Of a DNA stretch of 64,000 bases, positions 1-15,667 are shown piece by piece; position 1 is the first letter of the stretch; each line of letters opens with the position of its first letter. This DNA is from Camelus ferus (Eukaryota): NCBI RefSeq assembly GCF_009834535.1, contig NC_045696.1, forward strand, positions 3,598,001-3,662,000, read 5' to 3'. Under the pieces are notes generated by a model. It saw only the letters and a program-made list of their open reading frames with translations, searched no databases and was not told the origin of the DNA. A program made the translations under genes and the position numbers.

Positions 1-565
1 TGAAGTGTGGGACACACGTTCCCAACATGACACAGCTTGGGGGGTGGGGTGAGTCCATTCACCGAGGAACTGTCATTTCTGAGATGCTGTTTGTGTGCCG
101 TTTCACGCAGCCCAGACGCAGGTAACACAACTGTATCTTTGGTTTCTTAACACGGTTAAACGCATCCTGGGGATTACCTCTCCAAGCAGAAGCGGCTGCT
201 AGAGGCTGGTAAATTATTGATGCTTCAGGCAGGAGGCAGTCCCCTCTTCTGTTGTTTCCCAGACAAAAGGTGCAAAAAGAAACCAGCAGCTGCCCCTTGT
301 CCCCCACGTGGTGGGCGGGACTTTGGGATGGTGGCAGCGAAATCAAAGAGCCCCGCTGCTGGAGTCGCCCGGAACCACAGGGCAAGGTGCAGCGTCGTTT
401 CCTTTACCCGGTTGTGGGCCTGAGTCGGGCGTCCCGAGGACCCAGAAATCACGCCTGGAGCAGTCTTCCCCTTCTCTTCTCCTGGGCGGTGGTGGAGGGG
501 TGGGGGGGGTGAAGAGTCGAGATTTGGGCTTTAGAAAGAGTCTCCAGCCAAAGAAAGAAGGGAGG

Positions 566-1066
566 TGTGTTAGTCTGCTCTGGCCGCTGGAGAAAACTTC
601 CGCAAACTTAGCTGAAAAGAGCACACGTTTCTGGAGGTCTGATGTCCAGCACAGGCTGAAACCAAGGGCCGGTGGGCCACCTTCCTTTCCAGGAGCTCTG
701 GGGGAGAATCTGTTTCTTGCTCCCCCACTGTTGGCAGAACTCAGCTCCTTAGGGTTGTAGGACTGAGGCCCGACTCCTTACAGGCTGTCAGCTGAGGGCG
801 GTTTCCAACTAGTAGGGGCAACGTCACTCCTGGGGTCCTGGTGACCCCCTCCACCTGCAAGTCACATCTCCCTGGTGGGCTCTTCCTTCTAAAGGCTCAT
901 ATCCTTCCATGGGGCCCACGGGGATAACCCAGGACTGTCTCCCCACCTCCAGGTCCTCACCCCAATCACATCTTCAAAGTCCCTTTTTCCAGGCAAGGTG
1001 ACAGGTTCACAGGTTCCAAGGACAGAGGTGCGGACATCACTGGGGGCATGTTACTCTGTCATTGTC
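566..1066. mobile_element. MaLR (MLT1-like) solo LTR
   Basis: Motifs tgtgttagt, ttctggaggtctgatgtcca, ggagaatctgtttcttgc, aaggtgacaggttcacaggttcc resemble MLT1 LTRs. Confidence 0.65.
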
Positions 1067-1581
1067 ATGACAGGTGTGTAGGGCTGGATGGGGCGTTAGG
1101 AGGGATCAGAGTCCAGTTGGAAGTTGTCCAGCAGCCCAGGGAAGAGAGTATAGGAGCTGGGGTGCTGTGTCCCCAGCCCTCGGGGACCACAGGAGTCTGG
1201 GGCTGAACAGGGCATGCCAGCTCCCCTATGTTTGTCCCTCTGTCTCTGCTCCACCTTGGTGATGCTCTCAGAAGACAGCTGCAAAGCAGAGGGTTCGTCA
1301 TGTAAGAGGCTGTGGGATTTTGTGGCATCTGGCCCTCAGCCCTGACCCTGAGGTTCCTGCCTGAGTGGTAGGTGGAGGCAGAGGAAGGCGCCGGCAGGGA
1401 CGGGGTGGGGTCCATGGTGCGGGGCAGGCCAGGGGATTCGGGGCTCTCCTGTCCATTTTGAAAGCACACAGTCTGCCAGGGGGCGGGGAGAAACAGGTGT
1501 CTAAGAAACACACACAGACACGGAGAGGTTCCGGTGGAGAGAGCAGGCCTCTGATAATCTCTCTCTCTCTCTCTGAAATAG

Positions 1582-1719
<138 letters not shown>

Positions 1720-2579
1720 TGATGACCGCCTGCTCTGGGACATGGGACCTCTGACGGGTGCACCTGTGATGTGTGATCCCCGGGAGCAGGCAGGGCAGTG
1801 GTGGGACAGAGTGTGTGTGTGTGGGGGGGGACAGGGACTTCCATGGGTTTAAGGCCAGGCTCTCACCTGGACTGCACCTGCACTCAGTCACCTGGCAGCT
1901 TTTGGAAGCTGCCCCGCCCCCCGGGCAGGTCTCATTGGACTGGGAATTTTCTAAGCATCAGCATGCAGCGGAGGTTGAGAACTATCATGGTGATGGGACC
2001 TGGGCTTTCCTTGACCTCCTGTCACACCTGGCCATCCTTTACTGTGGGGACGCTTCAGTTTCAGCTCAGGCTGAGCCCAAGCCCTGGCTCCCAAGGGCGC
2101 CGCCTGCTCTCTCTCCATGGCTTTTGCAGAGCTGCTTCTGTAATCTGAAGGGGGTCTCCCTGCTCCCCGTGGTCTTGGGTGTTTGAGGAAGGGACACTGG
2201 GAGCAGGAGTGAGCCTGCCAAGTCACATGGGTGCCGCTGCCGGCAAGGCCACGTGACATCGTTTACCCCAAAGGCTGAGGTTTTTAGGTTCTTCCTTTGC
2301 AGTGGCTTCTATGATATTTCCTTGAATTCTATTCTATTTCAGACTCTTATTTGGCCCCAGAACTATCACACAGCTGAAATATGCGAATTTAATAATTTGT
2401 CCATAAATATTTTAACCGTTCATGCCTTCATACAGATATGGGCAGATGCAGTTTTTTTTCGAGACTAAGAAATTTGAATGGTGATTCTTTTCACTTGCAT
2501 ATATCGAATTGAAATTATTGCCTGACCGTTTAGTTATACAAAGCACACATGTTGTTTCTCTAGTCTCTGGTTTATTTTA

Positions 2580-3540
2580 TTATCTTTTTTTTTAAATTGA
2601 TGTGTAGTCGATTTACAATGTTGTGTTATTTCTGGTGTACAGCAGAGCGATTTATTTATACATGTATATATATTCCTTTTCATACTCTTTTTCGTTATAG
2701 GCCATTACAAGGTACTGAATGTAGTTCCCTGAGCTGTACAGTAGGACCTTGTTGTTTATCTATTTTATATACAGTAGTATCTGCAAATCCTGAACTCCCA
2801 GTTTATCCTTTCCCACCCCCCTTCCTTCCTTGTAACCATAGGTTTGTTTTGTGTCTGTGAGTCTGTCTCTGTTCTGTAAATAAGTTCATTTGTGTCCCTT
2901 TTCTTTAAAAAGATTCCACATATAAATGATATCATATGGTATTTTTCTTTCTCTTTCTGGCTTACTTCACTTAGAATGATGATCTCCAGGTCCATCCATG
3001 TTGCTGCAAGTGGCATTATTTCATTCTTTTTTATGGCTGAGTAGTATTCCATTGTATAAATATGTGTGTATATATATTTCACAGCTTCTTTATCCAGTCA
3101 TCTGTCAGTGGACATTTAGGTTGCTTTCATGTCTTGGCTGTTGTAAATAGTGCTGCAATGAACATTTAGGTGCATGCATCTTTCTGAGTTAGAATTCCTT
3201 CCAAATATATGCCAAGGAGTGGGATTGCTGGATCATATGGTAAGTCTATTTTTAGTTTTTTGAGGAATCTCCATACTGTTTTCCACAGTGGCTGCACCAA
3301 ACTACATTCCTATCAACAGAGTAGGAGGGTCCCCTTTTCTCCACAGCCTCTCCAGCGTTTATTGTTTGTGGGCTTTTGAATGATGGCCATTCTGACTGGT
3401 GTGAGGTGATACCTCATCGTAGCTTTGATTTGCATGTCTCTGGTCATTAGCGACACTGAGCATTGTTTCACTCGCCTGCTGGCCGTCTGTGTGTCTTCTT
3501 TGGAGAAGTGCGTGGTTAGGCCCTCTGCCCGTCGTGGACT
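2580..3540 (-). mobile_element. 5'-truncated, relatively young LINE-1 (end of ORF2 plus 3' UTR)
   Basis: Minus-strand peptides MEYYSAIKKNEIMPLAATWMDLEIIILSEVSQ and [20 protein letters not shown]-rich tail at the left end. Confidence 0.92.
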
Positions 3541-4429
3541 GAGGTGGTGATGTTGATTGTACTGTTTGTTTTCTTTTCTTCTTCCCCCCACGTGTGCATC
3601 CCCTTTCTCCCACATCGCGTTGGTTTTTCGAGCTGGCGGTATACACGGACCGGCTTTGTAAACTGCTCCCTCACTGCTACTGACACCAAAGCCACTGAAG
3701 TTCAGGGCTGCTCCACTGGTCTTCCTGTTGGAATGTGTCCCACCGAGGGGGGACTGGGCTCTGTGCTCAAAAACTACTCCAATTAAGTGCTTTCCTCTGT
3801 GTGGCTATGTTACCAGCCTGACGTGGTCCATGTGAGCAGGTGCAGGCATTTGCTTCCATTCGTGCAGTTTCAGGTTTGTCCCCATCTTTGCTGAATGTGC
3901 AGAATATTAACATGGTTCAAAAGTCAAAATTACAGAGGTCATACTCAGAATTCCAGTCTCCATCCCTCTGCCTTCCACCCCACGCATCCCTGCACTCTGC
4001 TCGCTTATTTCTTTAGTTTTTGTTCATCTGTCCTGGGTTTCTTTTGGCAGAACCGCCCTGGTCCCCCTGTTCTTACCCACCCAGTGGCTACGTCCGCTCC
4101 TCGCACCTTGCTCCCCACCACGCCCCGTATGTGTCTCTAACCACATGCCCCTCACGTTAATGAGGAGCACGACTTTCTCAATGAGGCAATTCCGTAGGAT
4201 TAAGTCAGCCCCTAGCAGCAGGGTCCTGTGGGGTCAGCAGCTGGCCCTCCAGGACCCCTGGAGGGTGAGACGGCGTCGGGGAGGAGGACAGCTGCCAAGG
4301 GAGGCTCCCACGTCAGCTGCTCTGCAGATCTAAGTTGTGATGAACTCTGCCGTCTGAGTGCCCCCCAAACTCATCGTTCACCCTTGGTTCCCTCCTCTGT
4401 GAAGTGAGGAGAAATTGTGGGGGGTAAAA

Positions 4430-4895
4430 AGAATAAAAGTAGATAAACAAAATGTAGTACATGTCACCCACACAATGGAATATTATTCAGCCATGAAAAG
4501 GAGTGGAGTACTGACACACACTAGAACATGAATGAGCCTCGAACACATGCTCAGTGAAAGAAGCCACATGTCATATGATCCTATTTCTATGAAATATGAA
4601 GAATAGGAAAACCCACGCAGGTGGAAAACAGAATTGTGGTTGACAGGGGCTGTTGGCGGGGAAATGGGGGAGTGACTGTGATGAGTAAGGGTGATGGAAA
4701 TACGGCACTAGATTGAGGTGGTGGTTGTACAATGCTGTGTATATGCTAAATACCACTGCAACGCGTACCTCAGAAGGCTTAAATATGTGTTGTGTGAATT
4801 CACCTCAGTTTAAAAACAAGATATCAAGAACCTGTTGCACACTGGAAGTTAGCACAACCTTGTAAACTGACTGTGCATCAATGGAAAAGAAAAGA
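4430..4895 (+). mobile_element. Old LINE-1 3' fragment(s)
   Basis: gataaacaaaatgt...atggaatattattcagccatgaaaagg...agtgaaagaagccac. Confidence 0.75.
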
Positions 4896-4924
4896 ACCTA
4901 CTACAGTAGGAGAAAGATGACGGC

Positions 4925-5170
4925 AGAGCGGGTCTGATGCAGACCCTGGAACCCTAACGCCCAGATTTGACTCTTGGCTCTGCCGCATATCAGCTGTGTG
5001 ACCCTACACATGCTAATTCATTTCTCTGTGCCTCAGTTTCCTCATCTGTAAAATGGGGATGAAGATGTTCAAGGTGGTTGCGAGGATTAAACTAGTTAAT
5101 ATGGTAAGTGCACAGAATCGAGCCTGATGCATCCTGACAGTAATGAAGGATTAACTGGTTTGATTATTAT
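4925..5170 (+). mobile_element. MIR SINE
   Basis: MIR core ctctgtgcctcagtttcctcatctgtaaaatgggg...gaggattaaa. Confidence 0.85.
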
Positions 5171-5864
5171 CAGAGTTCCTGGCAGAGAGCAGATTTACAG
5201 TAAGTGGCAGATTTGGCCTCAGTTTGCAACCATCCAGTCACCCTTGGGGTGCCACAGACCAATATATGAAGTCACGTCCACCCCCACAAGTTGGGAGATT
5301 TCCAGTAGGTCTGTGGTCCTGGTAGAGGTCAAGTCCTGTCAGTGTCCTGTCCCTCTGAGCAGGGGGGGGATGGGCTCGATCCCCATAGTGGGGACATTTA
5401 CACCAGAGGTGACAAGGGACTGGGAGGGCCCTGGAGCCGTCAGGGGCAGAGCCAGAGTCATGGCCAGGGTCAGCACTCAGCTCCACAGCCACTCTGGACC
5501 CCACGGAATGATGGCGTGGACACCAGCACAGCCAGCAGTTTGATACATTTCATCAGCAAGTATCCAGCCAGATTCAGTTTCTAAGAGTTCAAAACAAAAG
5601 CTATAATATTTAAACAAGGCTTTTATTGAGATTTTTAAAAATAGATCTTGTTTGTTTAAAAAATGTAATTGAGGTAAAATGTGCAGAAAGGTGCACATGT
5701 TGGAAGCATCCAGCTCACTGAAGCTCTCACACACTGACCATTTCTGGGCACTCAGCACCCAGCTCACCAACAGAACAGGGTCAGTTCCCCAGAGGCCCTC
5801 CTGGCCCGTTCCACTAACTCCCTGCAGCCCCCGCTAAGGGTAACCACGCCCCTGACTACTACCG

Positions 5865-6385
5865 TGTGTGAGCTAAGCTTGCAAGTAATGCCCACAAACC
5901 TAGCAGTGTAAACCAGTGCACAGTGACCTCATGGTGTCTGTCAGTCCATCCAGGCTTCACTGGGTCCCCTGCTTGGGGTCTCCCAAGCTATCATCAAGGT
6001 CTGGGCCTGACAGTGTCCTTCTTGGAGCTCCAGATCCTCTTCCAGTTTCCTGCAGTTGTTGGCAAAACTCGGTTCCTTACGGCTGTGCGACTGAGATCCT
6101 CTGTCCCTTGCTGGCTGTGGGCCAGGGCTGCTCTCAGCTCCTAGGAGCCCTGTGGTTCTGTGCCATGTGGCCCCTCACACGTGGAAGCTGGCTTCTTCGA
6201 GGCCAGGAGGAGACCCTCTCGCTCCAGCGTGCTAAGAGGGGGTCCTATATAATCTACCCTTTGACATCGCATCACTTTTGCCGTATTCCGCTGGCTGGAA
6301 GCAAGTCACAGGTGCCGCCTGCGCTCAGGATGAGGGGATTATGCAGGGCGTGACTCGCTGGGGGTCATCTGAGAATTGTGCCCAC
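5865..6385. mobile_element. MaLR (MLT1-like) LTR within old L1-like sequence (about 5660-6780)
   Basis: gttgttggcaaaactcggttccttacggctgt, agcaagtcacaggt; L1-like flanks on both sides. Confidence 0.55.
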
Positions 6386-7112
6386 AAACGGCGTAGCTGA
6401 GTTCTGCCTGTTTTGCTACTTTAAAAGGAGGACTCACGCAGTGAAGTGCATGTGTTTTTCTGTGTTTCTCTCACTCAGCGTCGTGTCGGTGAGATCCGTC
6501 CGTGGTCGCACGTGCGCGTGTATCGTTTGCGCTCGTCGCCCTGCAGTACCACATGTGTGACTGCACCTCCATCGGGGGCGCTGTTAGACGCTGCCGGATA
6601 CTGGGGTAGTTTCCAGTCTGGGGCCGTCACGAACAGCAGCGCGGCGGGCGTTCTGGAGCGAGGGGATGCGTTTCTGCGGGGTCTCTGTTACTGCAGCTTT
6701 TGGAGCTTGACGTCTGCGAGTGCAAGTCGTCCTTCTCTGTTGTTATTCCATAGCTTCCCTTCATTCTTCTCAGACATTTCTATCTACTTGAAGACTTTTT
6801 AATTAAAAGAAAAATCAAATGTTACACAAGAAAGAAAAAAACATCTGTCTGTATGTTTAGGGAAAAAGATGGATAGGGTGAGCGCAGAAATGTTAACGTG
6901 CTTCTATGTTGCACGTGTTTCACTTATAACCGTTTTTTAAAATAAGGAGCATGACTGACCCCTGAGATCAGCAAAGAGAACAACGAGTGTCCTCCCGGAC
7001 CTCCCGGAGCCCCAGCGACGCCGGCTTTGCTTCATCTCGGGGACACGGAGGAGCCCTTTCACTCGGGCGCCTGGTCGTGAGATGACTGGGTGACCGCCTG
7101 CTCTTTCCGCAG

Positions 7113-7235
7113 GACCCGGCGGTTGGGACAGAGGCCGTAGCTGAAAGTCTCAAGGATATTTTGAAGCACCTGGTTAGTGCCGCCTCCCCATCGGTGGTTC
7201 TGAGCACCAAGCCTGCGGATGTGAGGGAAGTGCAG
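7113..7235 (+). CDS. C2CD2: C2CD2 coding exon (DPAVGTEAVAESLKDILKHLVSAASPSVVLSTKPADVREVQ)
   Basis: ctttccgcag acceptor, CAG|gtaaa donor; 123 nt, phase 0/0. Confidence 0.92.
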
Positions 7236-8632
7236 GTAAACCGGTTCCTGGGGTGTGGGGGCTTTGCACACAAGGGACGTGGGGTGTGGGGGGTCCGCGT
7301 CCCTTGGGGAATCTGTGCGCATTTCCCACGCCCTCCACCCACCGCAGCAGAGCGATATTGCCCGACCGCTTGCTGGTGGGTCATGAGCGTGGTCTGGGGC
7401 GAAGCTCCGAGTTCAGGGCACAGGTTCCGAGGCCCCGTGGGAGGGAAGAAAGAGGTAGTCCGACCCTAATGAGCCCAGATCCTCTCCTTTCCAGGAACCA
7501 AAACCTGACTTTTCACTGTCCACTCAGAGCCTGCTGTCTGGGACCTTATCCGTCCAGGACTGAGGTGACAGGTTGCCCCAAGGCAGGCAGATGAGCACGC
7601 TGGATGCACAGAATGTTAGCCCTGGCCAGGGGACCGCCTCGTGATCTGGTCCTGCTGCCAGAGGCGCCACCTCTCGGAGCTTGTCTCCCTGGGTGTGTGG
7701 ACATGAGGCTGTCTCCTCCGTGTGGCCCCTTCCCGTGCCGCCGGCCTCCCTCCCCACCTGAGGCCCCCACCCGCCGCCTGATGGGGGTGCTGCTTCTGGG
7801 GCTAAATTTGTGTCCAGGACATTTGGCCCGGGCAGCCTCCCGGAGCTTGGTCTCTCACATCTTTACTGCAATCCTTCTAAAAACCTTTGTTTCTGGTGAG
7901 TCAGTTCTCCCAATTATGAGCAGATCTTTTTAGGATGATTATACAAAACATGCTTTTACAGTCCCTAAAGTTATTTTTTGTGCATATTTCCAGTATTTTT
8001 TTTTGGCATGGTGGAATATCATCTTTATCAATAGTCTTTAGTAAAGTCATTTTGAAATTATAACTTTTAATATGGATTTTTGATGCAGAGTCAGTCTCTG
8101 GTTCTTACTACGGCATCACCAGCTGTGAGTGTGTAGAGTCTGGAGACAAAAATCTCCTTGATCCTTTGAAAAAGTATGAGTGGATCATGGTGCTCCATGA
8201 TGTGTTCTGGGCATTGGGGATTGAAAGAATGTAAAAAACTGGCTTCACCCTCCTGACGCAGGGGCAGGAGCAGCTGAGTAAGCCAACAGGCAGAGTGAGG
8301 TACAGGATTCCCGGGCCAGGCGGCTGGGCAGGGCTCGGCCCCAGAGGTGGAGGTGGGGGGTGGTCAGGCCAGGCTGCCCAGAGGTGAGAGCAGGCTCTCA
8401 GCTGCTCGCTCTCTCTCAGTAATTCCTTCGTGGTTTTTTAGTTCAAGTCAGAGGTGCCTGGTTGTTGTGAATATGGTGGTCAATTTTTAATGTCAAAATT
8501 GGAGAAACTTCAGAAAATAATGGCTTATTTTTAGAATATGTGGATTCAGAAAATTAAAGGACCAAGACTATCATAAATTCAATGATGCTTTTAAATAAAT
8601 CTGTAGTTTATGTATCAAAATAGCACACACAT

Positions 8633-8676
8633 TATATCAGTCAGGGTTTTCTAGGGAAACAGAGCCAGTAGGGGGT

Positions 8677-8716
<40 letters not shown>

Positions 8717-9159
8717 TATAATAATAGCCTCTATAATTGCATGAGCCAATTATATGTAAAATACATATTTTGTCATATGTATATGAAGAAATTTATTATA
8801 AAGCATTGGCTTACATGATTATAGAGGCTGACAAGTCCCAGGAGCTGCAGGGGGAGTCAGCAGGGAGACCCAGAAGAGCTGATGTATCCATTCAAGTCCA
8901 AAGGCAGGAAAAAATGGATATGCCAGCTGGAAGGCAGCCAGGCATGAGGGACTCCCTCTTATTCCAGGGAAAGTCAGCCCTTCAACTGATTGGACGAGGC
9001 CCACCCACATTAGGGAAGGCAGCCTGCTTTACTCGGTCTGTGGATCTAAATGTTAATCTCATGCAGAAACATCCTGGCAGACATGCCCAGAACAATGTTT
9101 GACCACATGCCTTGGCACCCCGTGGTCCCATCAGGTTGCCTGTGAAATTAACCATCACA
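8633..9159. mobile_element. ERVL MLT2-like solo LTR with internal (GT)n
   Basis: agtcagggttttctagggaaacaga...ttggcttacatgattatagaggctgacaagtcc...aaattaaccatcaca. Confidence 0.8.
8679..8714. repeat. (GT)n microsatellite
   Basis: About 18 GT units, seen directly. Confidence 0.95.
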
Positions 9160-9995
9160 TGGACGCAATTGAAAAGACACGGTATCTCCATCCCAGACAT
9201 TTGGTTCGCCCTGTCCCCAGTGCCTGTGGGCCTGGATCGTAAGGAGTTCTGTGATTACTTCTTGGCCTCCCAGCACCTGCAGCTCACAATTGGCAAGGCC
9301 CTGGTTCAGAACAGTATTTTCTAGACGGTGACCAAAAACACATTACAGTTGCTTGAGGCTGTAAACATTCCCTGCCGAAAGAATTCTGAGGTCAGATCAT
9401 TTAGGATCCCTCCCTGGAAGGCTCTTACTGTGCAGAAGCCCATGATGTCTCTGAGAAGCCTCTCCAGGCTTCCCAAATGTTTGTCCCTAAGGAGCCCCTT
9501 TAAAAGAACACTCGTGGGCACAAGTGGGAGCTGGAAGCTAGTCTGGGAAAGGCTGGTCTGGGGTGGGGTCCCCTGGGCTCGGGAGGCTCTCTGTTGGAAA
9601 TGCCTCGATGCCGATTTGAGGACTGATGAGGACTCTGGCTTCCTCCCTAGCACAGGCACCCAGGCGGCACTTAGATATTCCCCACATGGACAGCGGGTCT
9701 GCCTGCAGGTGGGAAGTCACCTATTGTGTCCTGTAGCCATTTGAGCTGGTGTCCCACCTAGTGCTGCTGGGAGTGGATACCTGCAGCCTGGAGAGGGTGT
9801 CCCGCTCTCCCTAAGCATGTGGCCTGGGTCAGGCGTGGACCCCGGCGAGCTTTGCTCCTAGTCTCCACCCACAGCGAGATTCTGGGGAGCCCTCGCTGGC
9901 TGAAGGTGTTGCTCCTTCAGTTGCTTTCCTTGGGAGGTAAAAGGCTTCCAGGCAGGGAAGTGCCCGTGGCTGACTACTGCCCTCCAGTCCTGTAA

Positions 9996-10313
<318 letters not shown>

Positions 10314-10768
10314 TGATGTCTGCAGTGGAGGCAGAGCGGAGGGCGTGCCTTGTGGGTTCTCCATGGCCCTTACTTCCTCCTGTGGCTCCCAGCAACTGGG
10401 TCTGTGGTGTGATCCCTGCCTTTCAGTGGAGAGAGTGGCTTATCCCCAAATTTAGCAATCACACCAGATTCCCTTTCTTTTGCAAGCAGTTAGTCTTGTT
10501 CAGAGTGGGGCCCACACCTGTGCTGTAGTAGGGTCCCCTGCCACTGGCCCGCAGCCAGAACTAAGTGGGGGAGCAGGGGTACTTGGGGTCAGCCCAGGGC
10601 TGTGGACATCCACAGTGAGTACAGAGTCTGTAACCCCAGATGAAGTGCTTTGAGAATTTGCAAATGGCAAGTGAAAGGAACACTAGACCCTCAGAAGTGG
10701 GTGAGTCAAGGCCGTAGACATTTAGTTTAGCCTTTCTTGTATACACAAAAATGTCTTAATGCAATTAG

Positions 10769-10972
<204 letters not shown>

Positions 10973-11219
10973 TAAGACTGCCAAATTCTAAAACTATTCT
11001 GTAGCACTGTTCATAACAAAAGAGAGAAAGGAAGGAAGGAAGAAAATTTAACATTCTTTAAAGAATTACATTAAACATCTGAGGTAGCTCTAAGTCAGAC
11101 ATGATTTCTTTTTGAAAGCAGCTCTTAGTATTGATTCCCTCCTCATTTAGGTCCACATGCCCTGTTGTGACAAGAGAGATTTGTTGTTGGGCCTCCCACT
11201 TGCTTTAGAAACACATCAT

Positions 11220-12560
11220 CCAGAGCAGAATGGAAGAAAACTTCTAATTGATACCAAAATCTGACAAAGAGCATGGAAAAAGAGAAGTGTAGGCCACTTA
11301 TTAATTATGATGTAGGAATTCTAATGTATTATCAAATAGAATCCAGGAACACCTTGAAAAATAATACAGCAAAACTGAGTGAGTTCATACCAGGAATGCA
11401 AGCATGGTTCAATGTGAGATCTATTAATGAAATCCACCATGTCACTAGATCAAAGGAGAAGACAAACTTATTATCTCTATATATGTCAAAAAGATACTCA
11501 GTAACATTTAATACCCATTTCTAATTTTTAAAACTTAATTGGAACAAGATTTATGGTCACTTCTTTAATAAGATTTTAAAAATAACTATACTTGATACAT
11601 ACTAGAAGCAGTCCCACTAAAGTCAAGAGAAGGATACTCACTGTTTCATTCTGGAAGTACTGGCTAATGCAATTAGAGAAGAAAAAGAAATAATATACAA
11701 GTACTAGAAAGGAAGAGGCAAAACGAATCATTACTTGGAGATGATATTATTGCATATCTAGACTACTCAAGAAAATCAATTAAAACTATTAGAAATAATG
11801 GATATAGGATAGAAATAATAATAATAAAAATAATAATAAATAATAATAGTATAAAAACTAATACAAATAATATTTCAGTAAAGTAGCTGACTGTAAAAAT
11901 ATAGAAATCAATCACTTTCTGGTACTTAATAAATAACTAGAAGAAATAATGGAAGAAGATGTCACATGTATACTATAAAGAGCTTTTATAAAGTATTAAT
12001 GAACATATGAGAACTCTTTTACAAAACTGGACAACATTTCTGAACTAGAAATACAAAATCAAGAACTGTAGGTAGCTAGAGACTTCTAAGAAGTTCAATC
12101 TCAGAAATAGTTAAAGAAATGCAAACTTAAACAAAAGAGATTGTCTTTCTCCTTACAGGTTGGTAAAGAACAAGATAAGTGAGAATGGCCAGTGGGACTA
12201 TAAACTGAAATAATTACTCTAGAAGTCATCAATGGGTATAAAAAAAGAAAATCTCTTAAATCCATGTGCCTTTTGGCTGGCAATTGCTCTTTTCCTAAGG
12301 AAATAACCACATAGTGTGTACAAAGATACACATCTGAGGGTGTTTATTTCAGCTTGTTTATAATTATGAAATACTGGAAACAACCAGCCTGTTATTGAGG
12401 AGTTGGCTGAATAAAATTCCATAAGGCCAGATCGTGGAATACTAGGCGCCTGTTAAAAGGATGTTGCTCTGTCGTTATTGACATGGGAAGATCCCAGTGA
12501 TATCTTAAGTGAAAAAAAAAGCTTACAAAGGAGGAGGGAGGTGTATTATGTCCTGTTTGT
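11220..12560 (+). mobile_element. Old, degraded LINE-1 ORF2/3' fragments
   Basis: A-rich; peptide EFIPGMQAWFNVRSINEIHHV is typical of the L1 reverse transcriptase. Confidence 0.8.
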
Positions 12561-12589
12561 TTTCATTACAATTATATATGGCTACACTT

Positions 12590-12780
12590 TGCAGTGACTA
12601 CTAGCCTTATGTAGCTCTTTAAATCTCAATTAATTAAAATTAAAATTAAAGCCGTTTTCTTCAGTTTGCACTAGCCACGTTTCATGTTCTCAAGAGCCAT
12701 GTGTGTCTAGTGGCCACCATACTTGACAGGAGCTCTACAAACATTTCCATCGTCATCCAGAAAGATCTGTTGGATAATCT
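12590..12780. mobile_element. hAT-Charlie MER3/MER33-like DNA transposon remnant
   Basis: cactagccacgtttcatgttctcaagagccatgtgtgtctagtggc. Confidence 0.6.
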
Positions 12781-12997
12781 TGGGAGACTAGTCACTGAAC
12801 ATTAACAGTAACTACTTCTGGATAGTGAAGTTGCAGATAGTCTTTGTGTTTTGGTTTTATGTCTCTGTGGTTTCTTAAATATTGATGTGGTTTGCATTGA
12901 TGATGATTTGCATTCCTTTCTTTAATCAGAAAGAAAAACACTATTTCAAAAAAATACTAAAGCATTTTAATAGTGAAGCCTCTTTTCCCTTCCACAG

Positions 12998-13062
12998 TGA
13001 GTTGAATGCCAAGTCCAGGGAGTTGCACCTGCAGATTTCAGAGGATGGGCGATCCTCAGAAG
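12998..13062 (+). CDS. C2CD2: C2CD2 coding exon (FELNAKSRELHLQISEDGRSSE)
   Basis: cccttccacag acceptor, AAG|gtgagt donor; 65 nt, phase 2/1. Confidence 0.93.
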
Positions 13063-13385
13063 GTGAGTGTCAGCAGGCGGACGGAGGCGCTGCTCTCTGG
13101 GGGCACGTCCTGCCTTCCCCACGACCAGGGAGGGGAGGAGACCCCCCCAGAGGAGGCCAGCCCCTCCACCTATACCACTCCAGGTCTTCCCAAGGGGATG
13201 TTTGGTTGAAAGTCCATTCCAGATATTAGCAAGGTCAGATGTTTTGGGAAGAGTATATTCAACTGGTTCTTTTTTTTTTCCTTTTTTTAAAACAAATATC
13301 AAAAATCTTTTTTTTTTTTTAACAATTCTTGGCTTAGAGAAGCAGTTCTCGTCCCTCTTAGCCTTAATAGATCTTTGTTCCCCCC

Positions 13386-13600
13386 ATTTTTATTGTGGTA
13401 AAATGCATACAACACAAAATTTACCACCTTAATCATTCTTGAGTGTAAAATTCAGTGGCATTAAGTGCATTCACATGGTTACATAACCATCACAACCACC
13501 CTCTGTCTCCAGAATTCCTTCCCTCTTACAAAACTGGACCTCTGTCCCCATTAAACGCTCTCTCCCCCCTCCCCTCCCCCGCCCTTCCGCTTTTTGTCCC
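13386..13600 (-). mobile_element. L1M 3' end fragment
   Basis: ttttattgtggtaaaat...aaaatttacc...cagtggcattaagtgcattcaca...ccccattaaac. Confidence 0.75.
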
Positions 13601-14243
13601 TGTGAATTGCAACTGGCTTTTCCTTTAAAAATAAGTCACAGTGGCTTAAATTGGACACATGCTTTAGATACAAGAAAGCAGCAATGAGAGGTAAAATCAC
13701 TAAAGGGAACATGGACCTGTGTGTCTATGTGTATAAATCAGTAGTTTCAATATTATGTTTTTAAAGCATACGAAAACTGATAGGGGTGACGCTTGCCTGG
13801 TTTATCCAGCTGTGAAACCAGGCATCTGATTATCTCAAGTTACAAAGACTTCAGAAAAAGCAACTCAAGCTCCTAAACAAAACAAAACATTAGTAAAACA
13901 TTTTGAGGCAGTTTCCTTGATTCTGTGGTCCCCAGATGACTGAGATGCTCGGGAGATAAGAACTGACATTCCTAGAGAGGGTGTGGGTCTGACCACGGGG
14001 TGGGACCTCTGTCTGCCTAATCCATTCCTGGGGCGCCACCCCGTTGGCTCCATCTGAATTTCCTTCCAGTCCAGCCTGATGGGATCCATGAAACCTCTTC
14101 AGAAAAACAGAGCAAAGAACAACCATATAAACCGTTACTCAGACTCAACGTATTTTCAATGTTTTGCCCCATTCCCTTTTAACTTGCGCGAACACTCAGT
14201 GGTCGCTCTCACTTGCTGTCCCGCTGTCTACACGCGCACGCGT

Positions 14244-14244
<1 letters not shown>

Positions 14245-14281
<37 letters not shown>
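14245..14281. repeat. (CA)n microsatellite
   Basis: About 18 CA units, seen directly. Confidence 0.95.
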
Positions 14282-14286
<5 letters not shown>

Positions 14287-14425
14287 TAAATGTGCGAACC
14301 CCCCGAGTGTAAGTTTCAGGCGTCCTGGCCCTTTACCCCTGAATTCTTTGGTGTGTATTTCCCAGGACTGGGGATAGTCTCTTAATTGTCCACAGCACAG
14401 TCACCAGCTTCCTGAACTGCGGTGA

Positions 14426-14938
<513 letters not shown>

Positions 14939-15283
14939 TAAGGAGCGTCTTCATTTATGTCTGTCAGGGTCTTGCTCTGGCTTCAACGTGAAACACGGAG
15001 CTCGTCTGAGAAGAGCTGGAGTTTCCCACCAGGCATTTCTGGACCGGGACGCTCCCCGCCCACGGTCACGTTGAGTTGTCTGCCTGATGTAGCTTCCCCG
15101 GTGCCCCTTTCACGTGGGCCTAACCCAGAAAGGGCTGTTTCAGCTCAGTGGTTCTCCAGCTTCTGTTCCCATCTTTATGTGCCGCATGGATGGGCGTGAG
15201 TGTGGGTCTCACCACCCCACGTCCACACTGGGGACACCCAGTTAATCAGGACGCTAAGTGACAGCTGAAGAAGCCAGCGGTGA

Positions 15284-15667
<384 letters not shown>

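Noticed and set aside
2765..3082. 105-aa ORF as a standalone gene
   Set aside because: It is the end of L1 ORF2 and its 3' UTR within a truncated retrotransposon.
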